In this document: positions 1 through 14,100 of the stretch, piece after piece
How positions within the stretch are numbered: position 1 is the stretch's first letter
Layout of the letters: every line of letters begins with the position of its first letter
From: Lingula anatina
Taxonomy: Eukaryota > Animalia > Brachiopoda
Length of the DNA stretch: 64,000 nt
NCBI GenBank assembly: GCA_051362555.1
Contig: CM120640.1
Location: forward strand, 51,128,788-51,192,787
Direction of reading: 5' to 3'
Position numbers and translations under genes: made by a program
The notes under the pieces: model-generated
Seen by the model: the letters and a program-made list of their open reading frames with translations, nothing else
Databases searched by the model: none
Told to the model about the DNA's origin: nothing

Positions 1-161
1 CAGACGTCGCGCAAAACTGTCGAACACCTGAGCACATTCCTCTCAGGGAATTTCCTCGATTTTTGCCGTGATTGCTGCCTTTCAGTTCACCAATTGTTTG
101 AGGGTTGTTCTGGTACACATTAACCAGAGGGGATCACCCTGTATAACATTTGTAAAATAAT

Positions 162-163
<2 letters not shown>

Positions 164-239
<76 letters not shown>
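164..239. repeat. (AT)n microsatellite
   Basis: Direct observation. Confidence 0.95.
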
Positions 240-242
<3 letters not shown>

Positions 243-368
243 AAGTATCATATTTTCTCAAAATACAGAATTCATTTTGAGCCTATCTCTGGCACCCCTC
301 TCCTCAAAATACATTATATTAATACCAAATGATACGTTTTTTTTCAATATGACACTTTTTTCATGTAG

Positions 369-3300
369 AATATATGTGCTCTGTGGCTACTGCTTCTGTC
401 CACCAAGGCAACAAAAAGTTTTAGTGTGGTCGAAATGGCAGAGGGATTTAATAACTTCCCAAAGGGACCGCTCCAGGATGATAGTGAGTATTAAACTACT
501 AAGCACGAAATGCTTTCTCTTCTAGCTAATTTGCATTAAAATGCTTCATAAGATGTCACTAAAGTGAAAGTAAAACCGAAGAGTTAGGCCTTTATGCTGG
601 TTCATTAATTAAGTAGTTACATGTATATCATACAATCCATTCTTTTCTAAACATTTTTGACATCGAAATTATAAAACACTACCAATTTTGTAATATGTGT
701 CATTTTGCTTAATAGGTGGAAGCTTGCGGATAAGAAGACAAACAGACGGCCAGACTGGTGAGATCTTATACATGTTCTTCTCTTTGATTTATATTTAATT
801 CTTGTATTATTTGTTGTGAGAAATGATACAAAGATTGAATATTGCGCCCCCCTCTCTTTGTCTTTCTTTATCGCTCTATATTAACTTGTTGTAACAGTGC
901 AATAAAATGTAATGAGTAACAGAGTCTTTAGCCTCGGTCACAACCGCCGTACGGGCTCTTACTGGCAGTTTGCGTCCTAATTTTGCGCAGAATCTCACGT
1001 CCCACGCAAGTCCTTCTTACGCAATTTCGAGTTCGCAGACCCCGTAAGCACGTACGGAGGATGTTGGACATGTCCAAAAGATTCTACGAATAGCCTGCGA
1101 ACAGCGAGGCCGCAAGCGTAACTTGCTCCCCTCGCACGGAGTTAGCAAGAGAGACGCGCGTTGTGCAAGACGCACGTCGCAAGCAATGAAGGAGCAAGTG
1201 CCCTTTGCGTGTTGAGTAAGGCGCACGCCCTCACAACTAACGAACAAAGTCGAGAGCACACCGGGAATGCGTCGCACGTGCGTCACCCCCCACGCCTGAT
1301 GTATAAAAGGCGTGCTCACGACGCACGCTCGTGTCTTTACAATGAACGTCCACTGTGTAACGTGTACGACAATTTCGTGCGTCCGGTTGTGACCGAGGCT
1401 TTTACTGTTGTAAGTTGTATGAAGTACCAAATACTGACGACATTCAGTAGGTGTAACTTGGAATGTATTTAAAGTTTCTTAAAGTTGTGTAGCAAACTAA
1501 AGCGTTTGTGGATACTTTGAACGTTGGAGACATGATCAAAGCATAAAATCGTTGACATTTTGAAATACAAAAACCTCATTTTAGAGACACTTCAGACTTA
1601 CCGTGTATCTCTACGGGTTTATTTCAATAAAAATGATTTTTAAACCTAACCTATTCTTGTCCTCCCTTTTCTACTCATCTTCTCTCTCATAATGATTGTT
1701 CTTTTTGTCTCTATTTTCAGTAAAAACTGCTGGAGGAACAGAATTTGTGATAATGTTTATGAACAATATTGTAGAGTCCAGTGACACCACACCCTTAGAA
1801 TTATATTACACTGGCGCTGATGACGCCATAAGCACAAGGATAAATGTCAATGTGACATACTACAGCCCGGCAAGTGGAAGCATACAGCATATAGAGCGTG
1901 TTTTGATGAGATCGACCGATATAGACTCCGTTCAATTAGACTACCAGCTGAGGACTATGACAAAAAATTCCATATCCAACTTTGGAGTTCAGGTGACATC
2001 CAGCGAAGCTATTATTCTGTACGGTATGAATAAAGCGCGTTATTCCTCCGACGGCTTTCTTTCTATCCCTGCCTACGTACCCGGAAAAGAGTTCATAACA
2101 GTTGGCTATCACCCTCCCACCACCGCATCGCAGATAGGCATAGTGGCCCAGCAGGACAACACCATGGTAACTGTGAGGCTACCGGCTAACAGAGTCTTAC
2201 CTGGCAACATCACTACGTCCATCGAGGTGAGGGATCCAAATACTCAAGCCATTGTTACAGCAGGAGGTACAATCACCGTTACACTTAATCGTTTGCAAAC
2301 CTACCTTATTGTAAGTAATGCCGATGACGGAGAACTACCAGCAGCTTTTAATTTGTTGAAGGGAGATTTGACAGGTACACATATAACCTCAGACAAAGAC
2401 ATATCTGTCTTCAGTGGTAACATCAGGACTTCGATATTGCCCCCTGCTAGTATAGATCAGCCTTCGAGAGACCATTTAGTAGAGCAGCTGCCACCTTTGG
2501 AGACATGGGGTCAAAACTTCATCACCGTTCCAGTCCCACGACCAGCGAGCACAGCTCCTCTGTACGATTTGTTCCGGATAATCAGCGGCTCCCTTAGTCC
2601 CAATACCATCACCATATATCATAGCAGTGATAACATTACAACACTAACCATCAACAACCAGGGTGGCTCTGTCGATGTCAAAATTGGTACCTACGCATAC
2701 ATCGTTTCTGCTTATCCAGTCTTGGTTGCCCAGTTTGTCTTGAGTCAGCAGGTTCTAAATGTTGACAAGGCAGATCCTAGTATGATCTTGGTCCCGCCAA
2801 TTGAACAATACCACGACGATTACCATTTCACAACACCAGCTGCAGTTGGTACCACTTACGACCATTTTTTCCTAATCGCAATACGAGACAACTTCAGGGG
2901 TTCTGTGTTACTTGACGGAGCGGCGCTACCGTCCGATACAACTTGGACCACTATACCTGGTTTAGGTGGATACAGTGGGGCCGTACTGAGTATCGCTGCC
3001 GGTGGTCACAATATTACTCACAATTCTGAGACTTTTTTGGGTATACTGTATGGAGCCGGGGACAGAGAGAGTTATGGACTGCCTGTTGGAATGCGCTTCA
3101 ATCGAATTGTTCCGGTAAGAATGATTAAATTAATATATGAACAATTTTACAGTTTGGAGAGATTACAATGTAGTCATTCAAATAATGTATAGTAAAACAT
3201 CTTTTTTCACCACCTTTTCTTCAGTCATAATATACCCTAAAGGTACCCCCCCTCCCCCGATGAAATAGTATCCTATATCATTGTTATCATCCTTATGTGA

Positions 3301-6300
3301 TGGTTGCACGACCAATCGCTTTAATTTGTTTGTCAGCCATTCCTTAGTTAGCAAAATACTTCGATGAATAATACCACACCTTTTTAAAACTATCAACCAA
3401 ATTAGCAACTGAGGTCAAGTACCGTACTAGTGGGTTATATTTTGGATAGTGTTAGCTTGAAATATTGTTCAAAAATTTTTTTTTAAAGATAATATACCAC
3501 AGCTAGCTGGCCTGTTAACGAAAAGAACTTATACATGCACAAAGCATAAATATATTCTTAAACAGACAAACTTGCAAGAAAAGGGGGGGGGTTGAATAAA
3601 GTGTCTAAGTGTCTGTAGGTTTTTATTGTTCTGTAACAAAACATGCGTGCTGTATGCCTAATATAACGGTCACTTATGGACATGGGCATACAATTTGTTA
3701 GCAACCATGTTTGAGTTGTGGGAGGACGACTTTTTGTCCTGACAAGAATTGACTCTCAGTATTCGTGTCTGTCAGGAAAAAATAAGTTACCGTTTCATTA
3801 AAATTTGCTTTGACGGAGTTATTCACACTAAGTCTGCTCTTTTGGTTGAATTCTGTTAAGTGGTTAACGAGCAGAACCTTTCCTAATTTTGAGGAAATCA
3901 AAAATGTTCAGTTTTTAAATTTAGAAATGCATTGGCCCTTGGTATGGTAAGTGATTAAAAGTAAAAACAACCCCATGGGAACCTTAATGCTCTCGTTTTA
4001 TGCTCAAAATCCGCCAACACTATGGGTTTGTCATTCAACTCCCCTAAAATAACACCGACCAAGCCTCAAATTTAACTGCCATGCTCTTTGAATTATCATA
4101 TTTGAAAAAGCAAAACAAAACGAGACAAAAAAAAAGTCAGTTTCGTCGCTCGTTAAGCAACTTATCCACTTTGTCAGACCTTCGAAAAAAATATCTTATA
4201 ATTAACTTAATGATGTCCCGTTTTCTTTTTTCAGCTTCCTCCAGGTATGAACGAGTGCTCAACCCCTTAACTCGTAGCTGAAAACAAAAGTTTGATGTTT
4301 AATCTTTGTTATACTTAGTATCAGAATATCAATATTTAAGTAATAGTCGTGATTCTATTATATGATATTGCTTAAATGTCACAAAATGTGATCAGAATTT
4401 AGTAGAAATGTGGGCAGATGAGCTAATTGATTTTAAAATAATCATAAATATCATTCTACGTGTTTTATGTTTTTAACAAAGGTAAACCGTTCTAAAACCT
4501 GGCTAATCAGTACTCTTTTACAGGCCCAACAGGACCAACTGGACCGACAGGTCCAACAGGGCCTACGGGGGCCACAGGCGCAACTGGTGAAACTGGTGCA
4601 ACTGGACCTGCAGGACCCAAGGGAGATACTGGTCCGAAGGGAGACACAGGGGCAACGGGAGCCACTGGAGGGACGGGTGCTGCAGGCAACACTGGGCCAA
4701 CTGGGCCAACTGGACCCACTGGCAGTAAAGGTGCTTCCGGAGAAAAGGGTGCCATTGGTTCCACTGGTCCAACAGGTTCCACCGGTGCCACAGGTGCTAC
4801 AGGTCCTAGAGGAGAAACTGGAGCAACTGGACCACGTGGAAGTGTTGGTGAAACTGGGCCGCAAGGTCCAAAAGGTGCTGTAGGTGCGACAGGCCCTGCT
4901 GGTATGACTGGTGCAACAGGTTTAAAGGGGGATAAAGGTGGCACCGGAGAAAAAGGAGCTATTGGCCAGACAGGAGCAACTGGCATGAAAGGCACCAGTG
5001 GACAACAAGGCCCAACTGGGCCCGTTGGGCCCACTGGTGTAACAGGGCAGAAAGGTAGCAAAGGGGAAATTGGCATCAAAGGAAACTCTGGAGTGGATGG
5101 TATAAAAGGTGAAAAGGGTGTACAAGGGGACAAGGGCAGCCTTGGTTCAACAGGACCGAAAGGGAATCAAGGGAATACCGGGAATACAGGGCCAGCTGGA
5201 GCAAAAGGACAGAAAGGTGAATTTGGCGCAACAGGGGAAACGGGACCTGTTGGCCCAACTGGACAAAAAGGAAATTCTGGTGCAATTGGCGCAACCGGAC
5301 CAGCCGGCAATAAGGGAGAAAAAGGGCAAATTGGTGCAGTAGGTGCCACTGGCGCCACAGGCCCAACTGGGGCAATTGGCCCAACAGGCCCTCAAGGACA
5401 GAAAGGAAATGTGGGTGCCAAGGGCGAAATAGGAGCCAAGGGATCGATAGGAAATACTGGTGCGACTGGCAGTACAGGCCAGAAAGGCGACAGAGGACAG
5501 ATTGGACCAACAGGTCCAACAGGATTGACAGGCTCCCAAGGTATACAAGGAGAAACGGGTCCTAAGGGAGACAAAGGCATGCAAGGAGAGAAAGGTACAC
5601 AAGGTGAAATTGGTCCGACTGGCCCCACAGGAAATAAGGGAGAGCAAGGAGCTAAGGGAAATGTTGGCAATACTGGACCAGTGGGAAGTAAAGGGGACAA
5701 GGGAGAAATTGGAGCAGTAGGTCCAACTGGCAGCACTGGCGCTACTGGGTCTAAAGGGGACAAAGGAGATCTTGGCCCCAAAGGTGTTCAGGGTCAAACT
5801 GGACAGACAGGTCCTCAAGGCAATACTGGAAATAAAGGAGAAGTAGGGCAAAAAGGAGAACAAGGAATACAAGGAAATACCGGTCCCACTGGGGATGTTG
5901 GGCGTACAGGAGAGAAAGGGGCCATTGGTGATAAAGGGCAGAAAGGTGTACAGGGTTTTACTGGAGCAACTGGATCTACTGGCGCCACAGGTGCTACAGG
6001 TGCCACAGGAGCCACTGGTCCTAAAGGTGATTTAGGATCAAAAGGTCAGAAAGGTGCTATTGGACAAACAGGAGTTCAAGGACCCAAAGGATCACTAGGG
6101 CCTACTGGAGCGACTGGCGTCACCGGGAATAAAGGTGAAAAAGGTGTTCAAGGCCAAATTGGAAATACTGGACCAAAAGGAGCCAAGGGAGAATTAGGCA
6201 ACACAGGGCCTACAGGAAGTGTTGGTCCGACTGGTGCAACTGGACCACAAGGGATTTCTGGAATTAAGGGGAATGTTGGAAACACAGGGCCTACTGGTTC

Positions 6301-9300
6301 TACGGGTGCGATTGGCTCCACTGGAGCCACGGGTCCAAAAGGAAATGTGGGAAATACGGGTCCAAATGGACAAAAAGGAGTGCAGGGAGAGAAGGGCAAT
6401 GAGGGGCCGACTGGAGCCACTGGAACTACAGGGGCCACAGGCCAAAAAGGTGCAATTGGTGGCACTGGCCCAACTGGGGCAACTGGTTTAACTGGTCCTA
6501 TAGGAGTAACAGGCGCGACTGGTGCTGTTGGACAGACGGGCCCAGCTGGAAGCACTGGACCAAAGGGTAATAAAGGAGAGATCGGTGCATCTGGGCCAAC
6601 TGGTCCAAAAGGCAATATAGGGGCAACAGGAAACACTGGAGCTACTGGTAGCACCGGAGCAACTGGACCCGTTGGTTCTACTGGTCCTGTAGGTTCTACT
6701 GGAGCAACAGGGGTTACTGGCGCTAAAGGGAATATAGGAGCCACGGGACCAATTGGTGCCACAGGAGCAACTGGTGCCACTGGTATCCAAGGTAACACAG
6801 GACCAAAGGGAGAAAAAGGTAATATAGGTAATACGGGAGCAACGGGTGACAAGGGTGCTCAGGGTAATACAGGACCCAAGGGACAGAAGGGGGCCTTAGG
6901 TGCTAAAGGGCAAAAAGGTGAATTTGGACAGAAAGGTGTCAAAGGAGAGTTAGGAGAAAAAGGTTCCGTTGGTGCGACAGGAGTAACTGGGTCCAAAGGA
7001 GAAAAAGGAAGCATTGGGAGTAAAGGTGACAAAGGTTCAATTGGTTCAACAGGACCAGTTGGGGCCACTGGCTCCCAGGGAAACACTGGACCCACCGGTG
7101 CAACGGGTTCCACTGGTCCAACTGGTGTTACTGGTGTGACAGGAGCTAAGGGCACTAAAGGTGATCAGGGTGTCCAAGGCAATACTGGCCCTGTCGGATC
7201 AACTGGTGCCACGGGCCCCACGGGCTCCACTGGGGCTACAGGCCAAACTGGACCAAAAGGAATTCAAGGGCAAACAGGATCCAAAGGATCTGTCGGGGAT
7301 AAGGGAAGTAAAGGTGATGTGGGAAATACTGGTGCTACCGGACCTGTGGGTGCAACTGGAGCTATGGGAGGCACTGGACCTGTAGGTGCCACTGGTCAGA
7401 AAGGTGCAGTTGGTGCCACAGGAAATACAGGGCCGAAGGGAAACATTGGAAACACTGGACCGATAGGTGCAACGGGGCCAACAGGGGCAACAGGAAGCAC
7501 TGGACCTGTTGGTGCCACTGGTCCTGTAGGTGCCACGGGTGGTAAAGGAAACAAAGGTGAAAGAGGTGCACAAGGTCTGACAGGAGCAACTGGTACAACT
7601 GGTCCTGTCGGTGCAACTGGTGTCACTGGTCCACAGGGAAATAAAGGCGATAAAGGTGAAATAGGCAACAGTGGCCCCATGGGTCCCAAGGGAAATGTTG
7701 GAGCAACTGGAGCCACAGGTTTAAATGGAAATACAGGGCCAACAGGGGTGACTGGACCGGTGGGTGCCACTGGAAATACAGGCCTCCAAGGTTTAACAGG
7801 ATCAACGGGTGTAACAGGTCTAAAGGGTCAGAAGGGTGAAACAGGGAATGTAGGCAGTACTGGTCCAACTGGCCCCGTGGGATCCACAGGCAAGTGCATT
7901 ACCTAGCTAAGCTGGATATAACGGGTTTAATATCTAGAGACGTATATATTAAATGCTAACCCTTAATGGAATCAATTTTAAATGCTTGTTTTAGGCATAA
8001 CCGTGTCGCTCAATTTATTTTTCGTTTATATGAATCATTGCAATTTATATATATAACATAAGCCTGAGTTTTTGAAAAAAATTTAATGATTAGGCACTAC
8101 TGGGCCACAGGGCAACTCTGGTCCAAAGGGCGAGATAGGTGAAAAGGGGGCTGTTGGCAGTACAGGTCCAGTTGGAAGCACTGGTGCAACAGGGCCAGTA
8201 GGTGCAACTGGAGCCACTGGACAACAAGGACCAAAGGGAGATGTTGGAAACGTAGGTCCCACTGGCCCTAAGGGTGCTGTAGGTGCCACAGGTGAAACTG
8301 GACTGATTGGTAATACAGGCCCGATGGGTCCTAAAGGCAATAACGGCAATACTGGAGCCACTGGACCTGAAGGTGCCACTGGTCCCCAAGGACCAAAAGG
8401 TATCCAGACGTCTTTTAGCCAGTCCTCTTCTTGTTGAACAATAAACTGGATAATTATAACTTTTGAAATGTCAAAAGTACTACATTATTCGTGATAAAAT
8501 ATATTGATACTTATAAGCAAATATTTCTGTAACGTGAAAAACAAAAATATTGTGTAGATTTTTAAAACTTCTATATTCTTTGGCACTGTTACTTATGGTC
8601 AGCATTGTTATTGCCAAATTTTCTCACTTAGGTGAAAAGGGGATTCAAGGAATTTCAGGCATTACCGGTTCTAAAGGAAACCAAGGCGAAAAGGGCGTTA
8701 TCGGACCCACTGGGCAAAAAGGGGAACAAGGAAATACGGGGTCAGTTGGCCCAACTGGTGCAACAGGACCTATTGGACCTAAGGGGAATGTAGGGGCAAC
8801 TGGATCCACTGGACCTGTTGGTGCGACAGGACCTACTGGTACAAAGGGAGAGAAAGGTGTCATTGGGTCCACTGGACCAAAAGGAGCCGTTGGCGATAAA
8901 GGAAGCAAAGGTGATGTTGGACCCATTGGTGCTACTGGCGCAACAGGGCAGAAAGGAGAGACTGGTGAAAAGGGTGTGCAAGGTATATCGGGGATAACAG
9001 GTGCCAAGGGAGAACAGGGCCTACGAGGACCAAAGGGTGAAGTAGGAGAAAAAGGGAGCAAAGGAGAGATAGGAAACACTGGTTCGACAGGTGCAACAGG
9101 TTCTGTTGGAGCAACAGGCCCCGTGGGAAATACAGGTAATGCTTTAATTATTGTGTTGTGAGCACTTTATGAATTTTAGCCATGTTTGAGTATTGCGGTA
9201 TATTTACGCGCGTTATTTATGGGAGGAACTCTCTAACATATCATATACATTAGCTGATGCTGTTTAAAACGGATTCTGATCATTCCATATTAGGGGCAAC

Positions 9301-10402
9301 TGGTCCATCGGGACCAACGGGAGGTACAGGACCACAGGGACCAAAGGGTGAACAAGGAAATAAAGGAGATCAGGGGAATTCGGGACCGATAGGTCCAGTC
9401 GGTTCCACTGGATCTGTTGGTCCGACAGGTGCGACAGGATCCACAGGTCCAGTTGGAAGTACGGGCCCCATTGGACCTACTGGAGGCACAGGGTCTATGG
9501 GACCCACAGGACCTACAGGGGTCAAGGGTGAACAAGGTGTCTCTGGGATAAAAGGCCTGAAAGGAAATGTTGGTAAGTTATATTTCCGTGCAGCAGTTTT
9601 AAGATGGTCGTTTTAAGATGAGTTTAATGATGTACGAAGAATAAACAATAAGCACAAGATAACAGTAAATATTCCTTACATTAGACATAAATATTATTGC
9701 GTTTAAGTGAATGTGTCATCGATTTGACTAGATTCTTCTTTTACGTTAAGGCGCTAAAGGAGAAATCGGAGAAAAGGGTTCCAAAGGAGATCTCGGGTCG
9801 ACGGGCTCTACTGGACCAACAGGTCCTTTTGGTCAAAAGGGTGACCGGGGAGCTACGGGACCAGTTGGAGCTACTGGACCACAAGGCATCGGTGGACCAC
9901 CAGGACAAAAAGGAGTCCCTGGCTCAGCTGGCCCAACTGGAGCAACAGGCCAGAAAGGTGAAGTTGGTGGTGTTGGAGCAACAGGAGCAACTGGTCCACA
10001 GGGTGCAACTGGAAACAAAGGTTCAAAGGGCGAAGTTGGGGTCAAGGGGGAGGTGGGTGCAACAGGAGTATCAGGACCCCAAGGTGCAGTTGGCGCAACT
10101 GGTTCGACTGGACCTATGGGTCCAACAGGAGAGAAAGGGGCGCTCGGCCAGAAGGGCGAGCGGGGATTGGTTGGACCAACTGGACTTAAAGGTAATGCAG
10201 GAGAAAAGGGAGAAAAAGGAGCATTGGGATCTAAAGGAGATACTGGATTAACTGGTGCTACAGGATCAAGTGGCCCCACTGGACCTCAAGGGAACAAAGG
10301 TGAACCAGGTGCTCAAGGGCCAAAAGGTGAACCTGGTTTTAATGGTACAAGAGGACTGAAGGGAGATGTTGGGCCACAAGGGCCACCAGGTAAATTATTT
10401 TT

Positions 10403-10487
<85 letters not shown>

Positions 10488-11118
10488 CATAACATCGTAC
10501 GGTTTTGGTCTTCTGAACGCACAAAACTGTATAATTTGCATATGCTATGATTTCAATTCAAAACAATACACGGAGCTCTTTTAAGTAGATAATATTAAGT
10601 GCACTTAATTCTTACTTTGTTCTTAGCATGCTACCTATTTTTCTTGTTCTTTTACAGGAGTAACCGGTAAGGATGTCCTTCCGATGTTAGGGGAATACAG
10701 ACTTGGTGAAATATTTTAAAAAAGTGATAACGAAAGCTTTTCGTGTACAATTATGCTGCATCAACTATCAATGGATGGTTAATACACAGATAAAGGTCAC
10801 TCTCCCCTTGATTAATTTGTGAAAATTTGGATAATACAATTATGATGCAACAAGCAGTGCTGAAAAATAACAATACTGAGCTGAAACATATAGCAAAAAA
10901 ATGTGTTATCTGTCCATCTCCCTTCAGTAACTTAGTCAGGTGTGTGTCTATTTCAGATGTCGACGAGTGTAACTTTAATAATGGTAACTGTAGTCAGCTG
11001 TGCATCAATACAATTGGGAGTTACTACTGCTGCTGCTACGATGGGTATGAACTAGAAAAAGAAAATCTAGTAGTGCATAGTCGATTGGCAGATGTTTCCC
11101 AATGTCTTGTCACAGGTA

Positions 11119-11176
<58 letters not shown>

Positions 11177-14100
11177 TACATTTTCATTACATTTGGATTT
11201 GCAGGTATAATTTTATTTCTGAAGCATATGAAGAAGCATGCTACAGTTTGTTTCATATTCAATTTTGTCTAAGTTAAGATAATTGATTTCATTTATTTTG
11301 TCCCACTGTCGCTAAGTTGAATTATGTACTGTTTACTTAAACACCCGATTTAGTGACTCGTTGTGTGACAGTTTATATTTATCCGTACACTTATATAAAG
11401 ATAATCCAACGCCAGGTGTGATCTCGCCGATTTATATTATTTTTTACTTAAATCGATAAGAATTAACAAAGTTGTTTTTTCAGGATCAAGGAAGAAAAGA
11501 CAGACAGCGGATTCTACAGGTTAGTTCCAATTTTAAGGCAATTTAGGTTCTTGTTTTTCATATGTTTTAAATTATGTCATATCCAACATCTTTCATTTAC
11601 TGGAGAAGGTTGTCGTCTTAAATAGTCAATGTGACATTGTTCTTTGACACGGCCATTTTGTGCTGTAAGTAAAATTTAACTGATGGTTACATTTCATTAC
11701 ATCCAGACATCATCGACGCAGAGGGCAATGTGTATATGCTTATGTACCTTAACAACATAGTAAATGACAGTCCGGACAATACAGCCACCCAGGAGATGTT
11801 TGTTACCGCCGGCAAACAAGATGTTAATCAAACTGTTGTGGTAACAGTAACCTATTACGATACCAGCGGGGTGAAGGTATCTTTCGACTATACCATAAAC
11901 CCCGGTGCCGTTAGAAGAATTGATCTCTCAGGAAGAGGGCTGTTGACAACTGGAACAGGAATGTCCATGAATGGCATAGAACTAAATAGTTCGAACCCTA
12001 TCATTGTCTACCCTGTTAACAAAAAGTCCTATTCTACTGATGGTTATTTAGCTCTTCCGGTTGATGGTTTGGGTGTGAGATATTACGCTGTGTCCTACCC
12101 TCCATATGATGAAGAATCTGCTTCAGTATCTTTAATTGGAGTTGTCTCTCCGTCAGACAATAATATTGTCCTCATCAAATTACCCACTCTGGGTGGACCA
12201 ATCAGTTTCAATGGTTTCCAGTACGGAAGTGGCGAAACTATTAATATAACCCTGCAAAAATTCCAAACAGCACATATAGAGAGTGGCTATGATCTGACAG
12301 GAACTTTTATTAATAGCCAGGAACCAGTGTCTGTATTTAGTGGAAACGGTCGAACAGCAATTCCTAAAACAAGAGCCTCAAGGGACCATCTTGTAGAACA
12401 AATTCCACCAGTGCAATCATGGGGACGAGATTTTGCAACAGTTCCAATCCCGGATAGAACAGTTGGAGATTACTTCCGATTTGTTGCTAGTCTTGAAAGC
12501 ACAACTATTTCTGTTACTAGCAGCAACGGGACCAAATGGACGTACACTATAGCTAATGCTGGTGGTTCTATACAGGATATCGTCAATTTCAAATCTACTG
12601 ACCGCTACCGCATTGTGTCCAACAAGCCAATTTTGGTAATGCAGTTCGTTACAAGTCAGTTAACGGCATCGGACGGCGAAGTGGCTGACCCAGCTATGGT
12701 CCTGATACCTCCTGTGGAGCAATACAGCCGAGATTATCACTTCTCACTGCCAAGTTCGCAAAGTGCTATTATTTTGGGTAACGAGCCCTTCCGACATTTT
12801 GCGCTCATTGTCATAGAGGACATGTATAAAAATGATCTACTGCTGGACGGTGTTGCTGTGACTTCAGTAAATTGGTTGAGCATTGCAAATAACCCTGCTG
12901 CAACAGCGAAAAACAATCTCGTCGGAGGCTATATAAATGTGACTGGTGAGAACATGCCGCATGTTATCAGCAGCAGTAGAAGTGAACCGTTCACTTTTAT
13001 GATGTTACTGTATGGTGCAGGAGACAGAGAAAGCTACGCTTTTCCAGTGGGGATGAAATTAATCAAAATAAATCCGGTAAGGAAATAGATTTGTCTCATG
13101 AGGGTTCTCTCTCTCAACATAATAATAATAATTTTGATAATAATATGTATTTAAACGACAGTAGTTACATGCTAGGATGATGCGTGCTATAAATACATGC
13201 TTACAATTTGTAACTTGATTCAAGCATGCTTTGACGAATGTAAATAACCCTAATCTCAGTAATTTTTCAATATGAAAACCACAAAAAACTTCTGAACCTA
13301 TCATTTTAGTGTGTTTTTCAAGTATCTTATCTTTTTAAGTAATTTGAAAAAGGCACAATGTATATCGATGTTTGTTCTCTAATTTTTATAATGAATGTTT
13401 ATTAATTTTCCTTTTTAACTTCATATCCTTGTCCCTGCAGCCTTCTCCTCCAGGTAACCGAATTTTGTTTAATTGAATTAGAAACCTGTATGTCAGTAAC
13501 AAATTCAATCTGTATCACCTGTTATCTGTTTCAAGTCAAATGTAGATATACTTTTGTTTTACTAATTAAGTAAATTTAATATGGGGAAGTATGGTATATT
13601 TCAAACCCCAACATCCCATTTCATCAAGGAAAGTAATTAGAAAGGCATTTTCTGCATTTATCTACTGTGACTTATTTTATTCCAACTGGTAAACTTTATT
13701 GTACTGGCAAACTCTTTAATTCCCCAATGTCACGTTCCAGTCTGCCGTACCAATGTGGTTGGAGAGTGCTGTTCGTGTGACGTTGGTGGCGGTGTTATGA
13801 TGCCATACAGTGGAGACTGCTGCATAGGTAATTTCCATGAGCTTTCAAAGTGGAAAGAGGGACAGTCGATTTAACATTCAAATCTACCTGTCTAAATTTT
13901 GCTTTTTTTTTCTCAGTGTAGTATATTTTTAAACATATGTCCGGTGATAAACTGGCGATGGTGTGCTAATAACAATAACCTTTACCAACATAGAGGAAAT
14001 TGTAAACATATCAACAAGACCGCTGATGTTTTCATTGGTGAAAAATAAAATGAGTAACAGTGCTGAACTGTTTTGGTTTCCTTCTGATGGTCCGTAACGT

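Noticed and set aside
1017-1472. ORFs of 137 and 103 aa in gene A intron 2
   Set aside because: They lie within the GC-rich MITE and show no transposase or other recognisable motif.
4451-10279. Many minus-strand and alternative-frame ORFs (PVAPVGP-rich, etc.) overlapping the collagen exons of A, and likewise 36463-42966 in B
   Set aside because: Shadow ORFs caused by GGN-rich Gly-X-Y codon periodicity; no independent evidence of coding.
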